DNA of 64,000 nt from Escherichia coli (GCF_003334315.1 NZ_QOWR01000003.1); one strand, 5' to 3'; positions 26,438 through 46,041 are shown, counted from the first letter of the stretch. Made by a program: numbers and translations. The notes: generated by a model from the sequence alone, not told the origin.

Positions 26438-26836
26438 TTACTTAACCATCTGCTCCAGCTTTTCGCGCAATTCCCCTTCCAGAGCTAATGCTTTCTGCGT
26501 TTTAAGATCAATACAAACAAACGTAATAAGCGCATCCGCTACCACCTGCCCTTCCGGCTCCAGTGTAATGACCTGGCTTAAGATGCCGCTTTTACCGTTT
26601 AATTGCTGCAACTGACTGGTAATAGTTAACAGGTCACTTAATACCGCTGGGCGACGATAGTTAATATTGATATTGACCACGACGAAGGCGATGTTATGGG
26701 CCGTCATCCACTGAAAACTGTCGCTATTTTCCAACCCATCCCAGCGGGCTTCTTCGAGAAATTCAAGGTAGCGGGCGTTGTTGACGTGCTGGTAAACGTC
26801 GAGATGATATCCACGAACTTTGATTTGTGTTTGCAT
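26438..26836 (-). CDS. fadM: Long-chain acyl-CoA thioesterase III FadM (YbaW)
   Basis: ORF track 26438..26836, 132 aa, hotdog-fold 4HBT-like (MQTQIKVRGYHLDVYQHVNNARYLEFLEEARW). Confidence 0.88.
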   Translation of the reverse strand: MQTQIKVRGYHLDVYQHVNNARYLEFLEEARWDGLENSDSFQWMTAHNIAFVVVNININYRRPAVLSDLLTITSQLQQLNGKSGILSQVITLEPEGQVVADALITFVCIDLKTQKALALEGELREKLEQMVK

Positions 26837-26877
26837 AGCGCAATAACCTTACGTTGTTGTTATAAGTACAGAGGTCA

Positions 26878-29323
<2,446 letters not shown>

Positions 29324-29451
29324 GGTGTAACAACACTCCGCTGTAGATGACTGTGTACCTCACGCAACGTATCGATGCGCGCAAAGGCCTATTGTGACAA
29401 GAAACGGGGGCAATTGTCAGCCCACAAGACGCAGAAAGTCACCGAATACAA

Positions 29452-29479
29452 ATAAAAAAGGCACATCAGTAGATGCGCC
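29452..29479 (-). terminator. Putative intrinsic terminator downstream of hupB
   Basis: Minus strand reads ggcgcatctactgatgtgcc followed by ttttttat. Confidence 0.55.
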
Positions 29480-29514
29480 CTTGAACTTCGTCACATCCCC
29501 ACTGGGGACAACGC

Positions 29515-29787
29515 TTAGTTTACCGCGTCTTTCAGTGCTTTACCTGCACGGAAGCTCGGTACTTTAGCAGCAGCGATGGTGATCTCTTTACCGGTCTGCG
29601 GGTTGCGGCCAGTACGGGCAGCACGCTCTTTAACGGCAAAAGTACCAAAACCTACCAGTGCTACATCATCCCCTTCTTTCAGAGATTCAGTTACGGAAGC
29701 AATAATAGCATCTAACGCACGGCCAGCCGCAGCTTTAGAGATATCAGCCCCTGCAGCAATCTTGTCGATCAATTGAGATTTATTCAC
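29515..29787 (-). CDS. hupB: DNA-binding protein HU-beta
   Basis: ORF track 29515..29787, 90 aa, [69 protein letters not shown]. Confidence 0.95.
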
Positions 29788-29925
29788 TCTTCTCTTCCTC
29801 TTTATAATTTATATCGCACTTGAATCCTTCAAGGTACGAACGCGCAGCAGTTATATCAGGCCAGCCATCCCCTTACAACACCCCTTAATAAGGGCAAGCC
29901 CGATCCGCCATCTAACTTAGCGAGA

Positions 29926-29964
29926 CAAAAAAAGGCTGGCAAGCCCGAATTAGCCTGCCAGCCC
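29926..29964 (-). terminator. Intrinsic terminator downstream of lon
   Basis: ggctggca / tgccagcc 8-bp stem with A-run and T-run on either side. Confidence 0.7.
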
Positions 29965-29995
29965 TGTTTTTATTAGTGCATTTTGCGCGAGGTCA

Positions 29996-32350
29996 CTATT
30001 TTGCAGTCACAACCTGCATACCAGACGGTTCATTTTGCAGCGCCAGAGTCAGAACTTCCTCAATGCGCTTCACAGGATGAATGTCCAGATCGGCAATTAC
30101 GTTGTCAGGAATCTCTTCCAGATCGCGTTTATTTTCGAACGGAATTAGCACTGTTTTAATCCCGCCGCGATGCGCTGCCAGGAGTTTTTCTTTCAAACCA
30201 CCGATCGGCAGTACCTGACCACGCAGAGTGATCTCACCGGTCATTGCCACATCGGCACGAACCGGGTTACCGGTCAGGCAAGAAACCAGCGCGGTGCACA
30301 TAGCAATACCGGCACTCGGACCATCTTTCGGCGTCGCACCTTCCGGTACGTGGACGTGGATGTCACGTTTTTCGTAAAAATCAGGGTTGATCCCCAGTTT
30401 TTCCGCACGCGCACGAACCACCGTTAACGCCGCCTGAATGGACTCCTGCATCACTTCGCCGAGCGAACCGGTATAGGTCAGTTTGCCTTTACCCGGAACA
30501 CATGCGGTTTCAATGGTCAGCAAGTCACCGCCCACTTCCGTCCACGCCAGACCGGTTACCTGACCGACACGGTTTTCGTTATCAGCGCGACCATAGTCGA
30601 AACGCTGAACACCGAGGTAGTCATGCAGGTTATCGCCGTTAATTTCGATATGTTTTAATGACTTATCGAGCAGTAACTGCTTAACCGCTTTGCGGCACAG
30701 TTTGGAGATTTCACGCTCCAGACCACGCACGCCCGCCTCACGGGTGTAGTAACGAATAATGCCGATAATGGCGCTATCGTCGACGGTCAGCTCACCTTTT
30801 TTCAGTGCATTACGTTCAATCTGCTTCGGCAGCAGGTGACGTTTGGCGATGTTCAGTTTTTCATCTTCGGTATAACCGGAGAGGCGAATCACTTCCATAC
30901 GATCCAGCAGCGGTGCCGGAATGTTCATGGAGTTCGACGTCGCGACAAACATCACGTCGCTGAGATCGTAATCCACTTCCAGGTAGTGGTCGCTGAACGC
31001 TACGTTCTGCTCTGGATCCAGCACTTCAAGCAGTGCGGAGGCCGGATCGCCACGCATGTCAGAAGACATTTTGTCGATCTCATCGAGCAGGAACAGTGGG
31101 TTTTTCACGCCCACTTTCGCCATTTTCTGGATCAGTTTACCCGGCATAGAACCGATGTAAGTACGGCGGTGACCACGGATTTCCGCTTCATCACGCACGC
31201 CGCCCAGCGCCATACGGACATATTTACGCCCGGTGGCTTTGGCAATGGACTGACCAAGAGAGGTTTTACCTACCCCCGGCGGCCCTACCAGGCAGAGGAT
31301 CGGTCCCTTGATTTTGTTGACACGGCTTTGAACCGCAAGATACTCAAGGATTCGATCTTTCACGCGCTCCAGACCATAATGGTCGGTATCAAGGATTTCC
31401 TGCGCCTGACGCAGGTCTTTTTTGACCTTGCTGCGCGCATTCCACGGTACCTGTACCATCCAGTCGATATAACCACGCACTACGGTCGCTTCTGCCGACA
31501 TCGGAGACATCATTTTCAGCTTCTGCAACTCTGCTTCCGCTTTCTCTTTTGCCTCTTTCGGCATCTTCGCCGCGTCGATTTTGCGCTTCAGGGCTTCGTT
31601 TTCGTCCGGCGCGTCGTCCATTTCACCGAGTTCTTTCTGAATAGCTTTCATTTGCTCGTTCAGATAGTACTCACGCTGGGATTTCTCCATCTGCTTTTTA
31701 ACGCGGTTGCGAATGCGTTTCTCAACCTGCAGCAGATCGATTTCCGATTCCATCATTGCCATCAGATATTCCAGACGTTCGTTAACGTCGGACATCTCCA
31801 GAACGGACTGTTTGTCAGCCAGTTTCAGCGGCATATGTGCAGCAATGGTATCCGCCAGACGCGCCGGATCGTCGATGCTATTCAGCGACGTCAGCACTTC
31901 TGGTGGGATTTTTTTGTTCAGCTTGATGTAGCCTTCGAACTGGCTGATTGCAGTACGCACCAGCACTTCCTGTTCCCGCTCATCAATGGTCGGCGACTCC
32001 AGATACTCCGCCTTCGCAGAAAAGTGTTCGCCATTGTCAGAGAGCGCAGAAATACGCGCGCGCTGTAACCCCTCGACCAGCACTTTGACGGTGCCGTCAG
32101 GCAGCTTCAGCATCTGCAATATAGAGGCCACGGTCCCGACGGTGAAAAGATCGTTTACACCCGGCTCATCCGTTGAAGCTTCTTTCTGCGCGACCAGCAT
32201 AATTTTTTTATCATGGTCCATCGCCGCTTCCAGACAACGGATAGATTTTTCCCGCCCGACAAATAAGGGGATGACCATGTGCGGATAAACCACCACATCG
32301 CGCAGCGGCAATACGGGGATTTCAATGCGTTCAGAACGCTCAGGATTCAT
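29996..32350 (-). CDS. lon: ATP-dependent protease Lon
   Basis: ATG at 32350 ([33 protein letters not shown]) inside ORF-track entry 29996..32395; 784 aa; Walker [10 protein letters not shown]; catalytic Ser in PKDGPSAG. Confidence 0.97.
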   Translation of the reverse strand: MNPERSERIEIPVLPLRDVVVYPHMVIPLFVGREKSIRCLEAAMDHDKKIMLVAQKEASTDEPGVNDLFTVGTVASILQMLKLPDGTVKVLVEGLQRARISALSDNGEHFSAKAEYLESPTIDEREQEVLVRTAISQFEGYIKLNKKIPPEVLTSLNSIDDPARLADTIAAHMPLKLADKQSVLEMSDVNERLEYLMAMMESEIDLLQVEKRIRNRVKKQMEKSQREYYLNEQMKAIQKELGEMDDAPDENEALKRKIDAAKMPKEAKEKAEAELQKLKMMSPMSAEATVVRGYIDWMVQVPWNARSKVKKDLRQAQEILDTDHYGLERVKDRILEYLAVQSRVNKIKGPILCLVGPPGVGKTSLGQSIAKATGRKYVRMALGGVRDEAEIRGHRRTYIGSMPGKLIQKMAKVGVKNPLFLLDEIDKMSSDMRGDPASALLEVLDPEQNVAFSDHYLEVDYDLSDVMFVATSNSMNIPAPLLDRMEVIRLSGYTEDEKLNIAKRHLLPKQIERNALKKGELTVDDSAIIGIIRYYTREAGVRGLEREISKLCRKAVKQLLLDKSLKHIEINGDNLHDYLGVQRFDYGRADNENRVGQVTGLAWTEVGGDLLTIETACVPGKGKLTYTGSLGEVMQESIQAALTVVRARAEKLGINPDFYEKRDIHVHVPEGATPKDGPSAGIAMCTALVSCLTGNPVRADVAMTGEITLRGQVLPIGGLKEKLLAAHRGGIKTVLIPFENKRDLEEIPDNVIADLDIHPVKRIEEVLTLALQNEPSGMQVVTAK

Positions 32351-32430
32351 AGAGCTCTCTCTTAGTTTAATTTCCGCCAGGTAATCAGATGACACGATTG
32401 TGCTTCACGCCATCTATTAACATGTACGTC

Positions 32431-32462
32431 AGTATATGGGGATGTTTCCCCCACATTCAACG
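32431..32462 (-). promoter_or_regulatory. Heat-shock (sigma32-type) promoter of lon
   Basis: Minus strand reads cgTTGAAtgtgggggaaacatCCCCATATAct, matching the sigma32 -35 (TTGAA) and -10 (CCCCATnT) consensus, about 80 nt upstream of the lon ATG. Confidence 0.6.
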
Positions 32463-32537
32463 CCGAGAATAGAGGAAAAATTAAAGGGGAGATAAAATCC
32501 CCCCTTTTTGGTTAACTAATTGTATGGGAATGGTTAA

Positions 32538-33812
32538 TTATTCACCAGATGCCTGTTGCGCTTCCGGCTTGCCATAAATCAGCAACGGTTTGCTTTGACC
32601 ATCAATTACCGACTCGTCTATAACCACTTTTTCGACATCTTCCATGGACGGCAGATCGTACATGGTATCGAGCAGTGCGGCTTCTACGATGGAACGCAGG
32701 CCACGGGCACCGGTTTTACGCGCCATCGCTTTCTTAGCGATAGCATCCAGCGCCTCGTCACGGAATTCCAGATCCACGCCTTCCAGATTAAACAGCGCCT
32801 GATACTGCTTGGTCAGGGCGTTTTTCGGCTCTTTGAGGATCTGAATCAGAGCTTCTTCGCTCAGTTCATTCAACGTTGCGACAACCGGCAGACGACCAAT
32901 GAACTCAGGGATCAGACCAAACTTGATTAGATCTTCCGGTTCAACCTGCGCCAGCAGCTCGCCTTCGCTTGCTTTGTCGGACTTCGCTTTTACCGTCGCG
33001 CCAAAACCAATGCCGGAGCCGGTTTCTACACGGTGGGAAATCACTTTATCCAGACCGGCAAACGCACCGCCACAAATAAACAGGATCTTAGAGGTATCAA
33101 CCTGCAAGAATTCCTGCTGCGGATGTTTACGCCCACCTTGCGGTGGAACAGCAGCTACCGTACCTTCGATCAGTTTCAACAGTGCCTGCTGTACGCCTTC
33201 ACCGGAAACGTCTCGGGTAATGGACGGGTTGTCTGACTTACGAGAAATCTTGTCGATTTCATCGATGTAGACAATACCACGCTGTGCTTTCTGGACATCG
33301 TAGTCGCATTTCTGCAACAGCTTCTGAATGATGTTTTCAACGTCTTCACCCACATAACCGGCTTCGGTCAGTGTAGTCGCGTCGGCCATGGTGAACGGAA
33401 CATCCAGCAGGCGCGCCAGCGTTTCAGCCAGCAGCGTTTTACCGGAACCGGTCGGACCGATCAGCAGAATGTTACTTTTGCCCAACTCGACGCCATTGCT
33501 GGTATCGCCGTTGCGCAGACGTTTGTAATGGTTGTATACCGCGACCGCCAGCACTTTTTTCGCCTGTTCCTGGCCGATAACGTAATCGTCCAGGTGGTTG
33601 CGAATTTCATGCGGCGTCGGTAGCGCACTGCGTTCACGATGCGGTGCAACTTCTTTAATCTCTTCGCGAATGATGTCGTTACATAAATCAACACATTCGT
33701 CGCAGATATACACGGATGGACCGGCAATCAGCTTGCGCACTTCATGCTGGCTTTTGCCGCAAAAAGAGCAATACAGCAATTTGCCTGAGCCATCTTTGCG
33801 TTTATCTGTCAT
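32538..33812 (-). CDS. clpX: ATP-dependent Clp protease ATPase subunit ClpX
   Basis: ORF track 32538..33812, 424 aa, zinc-finger [27 protein letters not shown], Walker A GPTGSGKT. Confidence 0.97.
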
Positions 33813-33937
33813 GGGTCAAAACCTCTTCTTTGTTCTTTGTGCCGCACACGACGACGCAAATGCCATTCTCAGGCGCAAGCCGCTTACAGCGTTGTGCCGC
33901 CCTGGATAAGTATAGCGGCACAGTTGCGCCTCTGGCA

Positions 33938-34561
33938 TCAATTACGATGGGTCAGAATCGAATCGACCAGACCGTATTCCACCGCTTCAGGGGCGGAAAG
34001 GAAGCGATCGCGCTCGGTATCACGTTCAATCTGTTCTAATGATTGACCCGTATGAAGCGCCATAAGTTCATTCATGCGCCCTTTAACTTTCAGAATTTCA
34101 CGGGCATGAATTTCGATATCGGTCGCCTGGCCCTGGTAGCCGCCCAACGGTTGGTGAATCATCACGCGCGAATTCGGCAGGCAAAAACGTTTACCTTTTG
34201 CCCCTGCGGTCAGCAAGAAAGCGCCCATCGAGGCCGCCTGGCCCATACAGATGGTGCTGACATCAGGCTTGATAAACTGCATGGTGTCATAGATAGACAT
34301 CCCGGCAGTGATCACCCCGCCTGGGGAGTTAATGTACAGATAGATATCTTTTTCTGGGTTTTCCGCTTCCAGGAACAGCATCTGCGCCACAATCAGGTTA
34401 GCCATGTGGTCTTCAACCTGGCCAGTCAGAAAAATGACGCGTTCCTTAAGTAGACGAGAATAGATATCAAAAGAGCGCTCACCGCGTGAGGTCTGTTCAA
34501 TGACCATCGGCACCAGCGCCATATGGGGTGCAAAGTTATCTCGTTCGCCGCTGTATGACAT
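33938..34561 (-). CDS. clpP: ATP-dependent Clp protease proteolytic subunit ClpP
   Basis: ORF track 33938..34561, 207 aa, active-site region [11 protein letters not shown]. Confidence 0.97.
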   Translation of the reverse strand: MSYSGERDNFAPHMALVPMVIEQTSRGERSFDIYSRLLKERVIFLTGQVEDHMANLIVAQMLFLEAENPEKDIYLYINSPGGVITAGMSIYDTMQFIKPDVSTICMGQAASMGAFLLTAGAKGKRFCLPNSRVMIHQPLGGYQGQATDIEIHAREILKVKGRMNELMALHTGQSLEQIERDTERDRFLSAPEAVEYGLVDSILTHRN

Positions 34562-34740
34562 TTCCGTCTCCTGGATAAAATTGAAAAAACCTGCTGTACC
34601 GATTGTAACCTTATGGACGGATTATCAGCTAGTCCCTGTGTTATGGGTACGGCATCACCATATTTCAAGCATAACAATCTTTTGTTGTTACGCTAACACC
34701 GAAAGAGGCTTTTCGCACGGTTCCATGCAAAATTCATGAC

Positions 34741-34772
34741 AAAAAAAAGCCCACCACCTGGCGGTGACGGGC
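34741..34772 (-). terminator. Intrinsic terminator downstream of tig
   Basis: Minus strand reads gcccgtcaccgccaggtggtgggc (10-bp stem with two G-U pairs) followed by tttttttt. Confidence 0.7.
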
Positions 34773-34806
34773 CTTTGTGCGAATTTAGCGCGTTATGCTG
34801 CGTAAA

Positions 34807-36114
<1,308 letters not shown>

Positions 36115-36373
36115 TCAAAAAATCACAGTGCTCGGTCAACTCTTACCCCGCAAGCACAGGTTGTTGGCTTCGCGGAACCGGGATGTTCTTATAATCAATC
36201 ACATTCCCTGTTACCAGAATCATCCCGAAAGCATTCAAATAGGACGCGGCATTATAGCGGCATCACTTTTATGAGTCGAGAACGGTTATTGCGCGCTGTC
36301 GCGTATTTTTTCACAATTCCCGGGCAATTTTCGTCTGAATGCTGGGCAAAAAGCGCAAAATCCAGACAAAACA

Positions 36374-36396
36374 AAACGGCCCGCAGGCCGTTTTTC
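36374..36396 (-). terminator. Intrinsic terminator downstream of bolA
   Basis: acggcc-cgca-ggccgt stem flanked by A-run and T-run. Confidence 0.65.
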
Positions 36397-36448
36397 ATAA
36401 AATCTTTAGCAACATACTGGAAAAGCGCCGACAGTTGCAAATGCGTTT

Positions 36449-36766
36449 TTACGCGATGCTTCCTGCTCCACGACAGGGAGGAGAGGCAAAGACGGTGTCC
36501 TGCAACCCTTCCCACTCCTTAATAGTGTAAGTATGCAGAGCCAGCGCATGAACGGTAGTAGAGAGTTCCTCCGCTAAAGTACTGTAAATCATTCGATGAC
36601 GATTCAGAAAACGTTCACCCGTAAAACGATCGCTGACCAGCACAACTTTAAAATGGCTTTCAGAGCCGGCTGGGACATTGTGACGATAGCTTTCATCCAC
36701 TACTTCGAGGAATACGGGTTGGAACGCCGCCCTTAATTTTTCTTCTATCCGCTCACGTATCATCAT
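36449..36766 (-). CDS. bolA: Stress/morphogene transcriptional regulator BolA
   Basis: ATG at 36766 ([30 protein letters not shown]) inside ORF-track entry 36449..36799; 105 aa. Confidence 0.9.
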
Positions 36767-37070
36767 GAAATATCTCCTCCGACAACGCTGAGATGTCATC
36801 CATCCCTTTAAATACTAGCCGCTTTTACCGTTTCCATTGCAGCTTAACAACAAATATTTAGGTTTCGTCCTGGTTTTTCCGTCAAGCGTATGAAGTTTAC
36901 TGATTTAAAGATTGAAACACAGGCCTCGCATCAGTGTTTCTTTTACCAGGGGCGATTATTTCGTCAACATGATGAATTTACATGCCTTACCCACTTCCCC
37001 TCGCCGTTGGCAATGTTATGATGGCGGGAATTTTTACCAAACACGCTTAAGAGTCTCTGAGAGCCCGAAC

Positions 37071-37649
37071 ATGTTCAAAAAAATCCTCTTCCCGTTAGTT
37101 GCTCTGTTTATGCTTGCAGGATGCGCAAAACCGCCAACAACTATTGAAGTTTCCCCGACGATTACACTGCCACAGCAGGATCCAAGCCTGATGGGCGTCA
37201 CCGTAAGCATTAATGGTGCCGATCAGCGTACCGATCAGGCGCTGGCAAAAGTCACCCGCGATAATCAAATCGTTACCCTGACCGCCTCCCGCGATCTGCG
37301 TTTCCTGCTGCAAGAAGTGCTGGAAAAACAGATGACCGCGCGTGGTTACATGGTTGGTCCGAATGGCCCGGTTAATCTGCAAATCATCGTTAGCCAACTG
37401 TATGCTGACGTGTCCCAGGGCAACGTGCGCTACAACATCGCGACCAAAGCGGATATCGCCATCATCGCTACCGCGCAGAATGGCAACAAAATGACCAAAA
37501 ACTATCGTGCCAGCTACAACGTTGAAGGTGCGTTCCAGGCCTCCAACAAAAATATCGCCGATGCGGTTAACAGTGTGCTGACCGATACCATCGCTGATAT
37601 GTCTCAGGACACCAGCATCCACGAATTCATCAAGCAGAACGCGCGTTAA
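37071..37649 (+). CDS. yajG: Lipoprotein YajG
   Basis: ATG at 37071 (MFKKILFPLVALFMLAGC lipobox) inside ORF-track entry 36912..37649; 192 aa. Confidence 0.85.
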   Translation: MFKKILFPLVALFMLAGCAKPPTTIEVSPTITLPQQDPSLMGVTVSINGADQRTDQALAKVTRDNQIVTLTASRDLRFLLQEVLEKQMTARGYMVGPNGPVNLQIIVSQLYADVSQGNVRYNIATKADIAIIATAQNGNKMTKNYRASYNVEGAFQASNKNIADAVNSVLTDTIADMSQDTSIHEFIKQNAR

Positions 37650-37692
37650 TTTCTGCCCTCTGGCCCGGTGCAAGCCGGGCCTGTAGACGCCC

Positions 37693-39168
37693 ATGTCCAG
37701 TCAATATTTACGTATTTTTCAACAGCCGCGTTCAGCCATATTGCTGATCCTGGGTTTTGCTTCCGGGCTACCGCTCGCCCTGACATCCGGTACCTTACAG
37801 GCCTGGATGACGGTCGAGAATATTGATCTCAAAACCATTGGTTTCTTCTCTCTGGTAGGCCAGGCTTACGTTTTTAAATTCCTCTGGTCACCGCTGATGG
37901 ACCGCTACACGCCTCCATTTTTTGGGCGGCGACGCGGTTGGCTGCTCGCCACGCAAATCCTGTTATTAGTCGCCATTGCGGCGATGGGTTTTCTCGAACC
38001 AGGCACCCAACTCCGCTGGATGGCGGCGCTGGCGGTGGTGATCGCTTTTTGCTCTGCCTCCCAGGATATTGTCTTCGATGCGTGGAAAACCGATGTGCTC
38101 CCGGCAGAAGAACGTGGTGCGGGCGCGGCAATCAGCGTTCTGGGTTACCGTTTAGGGATGCTGGTTTCCGGCGGCCTAGCCCTGTGGCTGGCAGATAAAT
38201 GGCTGGGCTGGCAGGGCATGTACTGGTTGATGGCGGCGCTGTTGATCCCCTGTATTATCGCGACGTTGCTTGCACCAGAACCGACCGACACCATTCCTGT
38301 GCCAAAAACGCTGGAACAAGCGGTTGTTGCACCTCTGCGAGATTTCTTTGGTCGCAATAATGCCTGGCTTATTTTGCTTCTTATCGTGCTGTATAAGCTG
38401 GGCGACGCATTCGCCATGAGCCTGACAACCACGTTTTTGATTCGCGGCGTCGGGTTTGATGCGGGTGAAGTAGGCGTGGTTAACAAAACGCTTGGCTTAC
38501 TAGCGACCATTGTTGGCGCATTGTACGGTGGGATTTTGATGCAGCGCCTGTCACTGTTCCGGGCACTGCTGATTTTCGGCATTTTACAAGGTGCGTCTAA
38601 CGCCGGTTACTGGCTGCTGTCGATTACTGATAAGCATCTCTACAGCATGGGCGCAGCCGTCTTTTTCGAAAACCTCTGTGGCGGGATGGGCACATCAGCC
38701 TTTGTCGCGCTGTTAATGACGCTATGTAATAAGTCATTTTCCGCTACTCAATTTGCCCTGCTCTCAGCGCTTTCTGCTGTAGGGCGAGTTTATGTCGGCC
38801 CCGTGGCGGGTTGGTTTGTTGAAGCACACGGCTGGTCGACATTCTATCTATTCTCCGTCGCCGCTGCCGTACCAGGGCTTATTTTGCTGCTGGTTTGCCG
38901 CCAGACGCTTGAATATACACGAGTAAATGACAACTTTATCTCCCGTACCGCATATCCGGCAGGTTATGCCTTTGCCATGTGGACACTGGCGGCGGGCGTC
39001 AGCCTGTTGGCCGTGTGGTTACTGCTATTGACGATGGACGCGCTGGATTTGACGCACTTCTCTTTCCTGCCTGCTCTGCTGGAAGTCGGGGTTTTAGTCG
39101 CCCTTTCTGGCGTCGTGCTTGGTGGTTTGCTGGATTATCTGGCGCTACGAAAAACGCATCTGACGTAA
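37693..39168 (+). CDS. ampG: Muropeptide permease AmpG (MFS)
   Basis: ORF track 37693..39168, 491 aa, polytopic membrane protein; 43 bp after yajG. Confidence 0.93.
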   Translation: MSSQYLRIFQQPRSAILLILGFASGLPLALTSGTLQAWMTVENIDLKTIGFFSLVGQAYVFKFLWSPLMDRYTPPFFGRRRGWLLATQILLLVAIAAMGFLEPGTQLRWMAALAVVIAFCSASQDIVFDAWKTDVLPAEERGAGAAISVLGYRLGMLVSGGLALWLADKWLGWQGMYWLMAALLIPCIIATLLAPEPTDTIPVPKTLEQAVVAPLRDFFGRNNAWLILLLIVLYKLGDAFAMSLTTTFLIRGVGFDAGEVGVVNKTLGLLATIVGALYGGILMQRLSLFRALLIFGILQGASNAGYWLLSITDKHLYSMGAAVFFENLCGGMGTSAFVALLMTLCNKSFSATQFALLSALSAVGRVYVGPVAGWFVEAHGWSTFYLFSVAAAVPGLILLLVCRQTLEYTRVNDNFISRTAYPAGYAFAMWTLAAGVSLLAVWLLLLTMDALDLTHFSFLPALLEVGVLVALSGVVLGGLLDYLALRKTHLT

Positions 39169-39624
39169 TCTGTAAATATTATTTAGCTGTAGTAATCACT
39201 CGCCGTAATTATTACGGCTAAATAAACATCAGTATCGCTTATTAATATTTGTTCTTTTGTGCGGCTTAGCGTTTGGAAATTATTGGCGCCATTTATAAAT
39301 TCTATTTTTCTTACACGATTCAGCTAATGAGTCTTTATTTTCTCATCACCCAGTTGTCACTCTAATGATAATTATTTGTTAAATAATTGTTTTATTTCAC
39401 ATTGGTTATACCAATTGCCCGCCCAGACTCCTTCAGCACTCCCCTTTTGTTATAACGCCCTTTTGCAACAGCTTCTTAAAATCAACCTGATATGTTTTGC
39501 AACATATGTGACCTGGCAGCCAAATCCAAGTAACAGGAATTTAATCATGTTTACAGTAATGTAACCTTCCCGTAAAATGCCCACACACTTTAAACGCCAC
39601 CAGATCCCGTGGAATTGAGGTCGT

Positions 39625-40575
<951 letters not shown>

Positions 40576-40584
40576 AGGGGTTGA

Positions 40585-43521
<2,937 letters not shown>

Positions 43522-43532
43522 GAGCGGCGGTT

Positions 43533-44423
43533 ATGATGTTTAAGCAATACCTGCAAGTAACGAAACCAGGCATCATCTTTGGCAACCTGATCTCGGTGAT
43601 TGGGGGATTCCTGCTGGCCTCAAAGGGCAGCATTGATTATCCCCTGTTTATCTACACGCTGGTTGGGGTGTCACTGGTTGTGGCGTCGGGTTGTGTGTTT
43701 AACAACTACATCGACAGGGATATCGACAGAAAGATGGAAAGGACGAAGAATCGGGTGCTGGTGAAAGGCCTGATCTCTCCTGCTGTCTCGCTGGTGTACG
43801 CCACGTTGCTGGGTATTGCTGGCTTTATGCTGCTGTGGTTTGGCGCGAATCCGCTGGCCTGCTGGCTGGGGGTGATGGGCTTTGTGGTTTATGTCGGCGT
43901 TTATAGCCTGTACATGAAACGCCACTCTGTCTACGGCACGTTGATTGGTTCGCTCTCCGGCGCTGCGCCGCCGGTGATCGGCTACTGTGCGGTAACCGGT
44001 GAGTTCGATAGCGGCGCAGCGATCCTGCTGGCTATCTTCAGCCTGTGGCAGATGCCTCACTCCTATGCCATCGCCATTTTCCGCTTTAAGGATTACCAGG
44101 CGGCAAACATTCCGGTATTGCCAGTGGTAAAAGGCATTTCGGTGGCGAAGAATCACATCACGCTGTATATCATCGCCTTTGCCGTTGCCACGCTGATGCT
44201 CTCTCTTGGCGGTTACGCTGGGTATAAATATCTGGTGGTCGCCGCGGCGGTTAGCGTCTGGTGGTTAGGTATGGCTCTGCGCGGTTATAAAGTTGCTGAT
44301 GACAGAATCTGGGCGCGCAAGCTGTTCGGCTTCTCTATCATCGCCATCACTGCCCTCTCGGTGATGATGTCCGTTGATTTTATGGTACCGGACTCGCATA
44401 CGCTGCTGGCTGCTGTGTGGTAA
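43533..44423 (+). CDS. cyoE: Heme O synthase (protoheme IX farnesyltransferase) CyoE
   Basis: ATG at 43533 ([29 protein letters not shown]) inside ORF-track entry 43488..44423; 296 aa. Confidence 0.93.
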
Positions 44424-44440
44424 CAAAACCTCTCTATTAA

Positions 44441-44464
44441 AAAGGTGCTACGGCACCTTTTTTC
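44441..44464 (+). terminator. Intrinsic terminator of the cyo operon
   Basis: aaaggtgc-tacg-gcaccttt stem followed by tttt. Confidence 0.75.
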
Positions 44465-44571
44465 TTAGCATTAGAAACATATCCCTCTCGAAATATTTAC
44501 TAAAAAATCCGCATGTTTACCCCATTCGTTTGCCGCTTTACACTAGTCGCGAATTTAAAACAGAGGTGGTA

Positions 44572-45936
44572 ATGAACGATTATAAAATGACGCCAGGTGA
44601 GAGGCGCGCGACCTGGGGTTTAGGGACCGTATTCTCGTTGCGCATGCTGGGCATGTTTATGGTTCTGCCGGTTCTGACCACGTACGGCATGGCTCTGCAA
44701 GGTGCCAGCGAAGCATTAATCGGTATTGCCATTGGTATTTATGGTCTGACTCAGGCCGTTTTTCAGATTCCGTTTGGCCTGCTTTCCGACCGCATTGGTC
44801 GCAAACCATTAATTGTCGGTGGGCTGGCGGTGTTTGCCGCCGGTAGCGTTATCGCTGCGCTTTCCGACTCCATCTGGGGAATTATTCTGGGCCGGGCGCT
44901 ACAAGGCTCTGGAGCAATTGCCGCCGCCGTTATGGCGCTGCTTTCCGATCTCACGCGCGAACAAAACCGCACCAAAGCGATGGCGTTTATCGGCGTGAGC
45001 TTTGGCATTACCTTTGCCATTGCGATGGTGCTTGGCCCGATCATCACTCACAAACTTGGGCTGCACGCGCTGTTCTGGATGATCGCTATTCTGGCAACGA
45101 CCGGCATTGCGTTGACCATTTGGGTTGTGCCCAACAGTAGCACTCACGTACTTAATCGTGAGTCCGGAATGGTGAAAGGCAGTTTCAGTAAAGTGCTGGC
45201 GGAACCGCGGCTGCTGAAACTCAACTTTGGCATTATGTGTCTGCATATTTTGCTGATGTCGACGTTTGTTGCCCTGCCCGGACAACTGGCTGATGCAGGG
45301 TTCCCGGCGGCTGAACACTGGAAGGTCTATCTGGCGACAATGCTAATCGCCTTTGGCTCGGTCGTGCCTTTCATTATCTACGCTGAAGTTAAGCGCAAAA
45401 TGAAGCAAGTCTTTGTCTTCTGCGTCGGGTTGATCGTGGTTGCGGAAATTGTGTTGTGGAACGCGCAAACGCAGTTCTGGCAACTGGTGGTCGGCGTGCA
45501 GCTTTTCTTTGTGGCGTTTAATTTGATGGAAGCCCTCCTGCCCTCACTTATCAGTAAAGAGTCGCCAGCAGGTTACAAAGGTACGGCGATGGGTGTTTAC
45601 TCCACCAGCCAGTTTCTTGGCGTGGCGATTGGCGGTTCGCTGGGCGGCTGGATTAACGGCATGTTTGACGGTCAGGGGGTATTTCTCGCTGGCGCAATGC
45701 TGGCCGCAGTGTGGCTGACAGTCGCCAGTACCATGAAAGAACCGCCGTATGTCAGCAGTTTGCGCATTGAAATCCCGGCGAACATTGCCGCAAACGAGGC
45801 GTTAAAAGTGCGTTTGCTAGAAACTGAAGGCATCAAAGAAGTGTTGATTGCAGAAGAAGAACATTCAGCTTATGTGAAAATCGACAGCAAAGTGACGAAT
45901 CGCTTTGAGATAGAACAGGCAATTCGTCAGGCATAA
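44572..45936 (+). CDS. yajR: MFS transporter YajR
   Basis: ATG at 44572 (MNDYKMTPGERRATWGLGTVFSLRMLGMFMVLPVL) inside ORF-track entry 44374..45936; 454 aa. Confidence 0.88.
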   Translation: MNDYKMTPGERRATWGLGTVFSLRMLGMFMVLPVLTTYGMALQGASEALIGIAIGIYGLTQAVFQIPFGLLSDRIGRKPLIVGGLAVFAAGSVIAALSDSIWGIILGRALQGSGAIAAAVMALLSDLTREQNRTKAMAFIGVSFGITFAIAMVLGPIITHKLGLHALFWMIAILATTGIALTIWVVPNSSTHVLNRESGMVKGSFSKVLAEPRLLKLNFGIMCLHILLMSTFVALPGQLADAGFPAAEHWKVYLATMLIAFGSVVPFIIYAEVKRKMKQVFVFCVGLIVVAEIVLWNAQTQFWQLVVGVQLFFVAFNLMEALLPSLISKESPAGYKGTAMGVYSTSQFLGVAIGGSLGGWINGMFDGQGVFLAGAMLAAVWLTVASTMKEPPYVSSLRIEIPANIAANEALKVRLLETEGIKEVLIAEEEHSAYVKIDSKVTNRFEIEQAIRQA

Positions 45937-45950
45937 AAAACGCGGCGAAT

Positions 45951-46041
45951 TGCCTGCTGCGCTACGCTTATCAGGCCTACAAAGTTTCTGAATTACAAAC
46001 CTTTGTAGGCCGAATCAGGCGTTCATGCCGCATCTGACATG
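45951..46041. repeat. REP/BIME cluster between convergent yajR and yajQ
   Basis: tgcctgctgcgctacgcttatcaggcctac ... gtaggccgaatcaggcgttcatgccgcatctgacatg. Confidence 0.85.

Noticed and set aside
30836-32068. 410-aa plus-strand ORF inside lon
   Set aside because: Antisense to lon; the composition is H/R/F-rich and unlike real proteins, with no independent start context.
36912-37070. In-frame 5' extensions in the ORF track (yajG from 36912, yajR from 44374, decR to 23083, mdlB to 20716, yajQ to 46723, ribH to 56687, lon to 32395)
   Set aside because: The upstream extensions lack RBSs and run through promoter or neighbouring-gene sequence. Internal ATG/GTG starts give the known protein lengths and proper signal peptides or N-termini.
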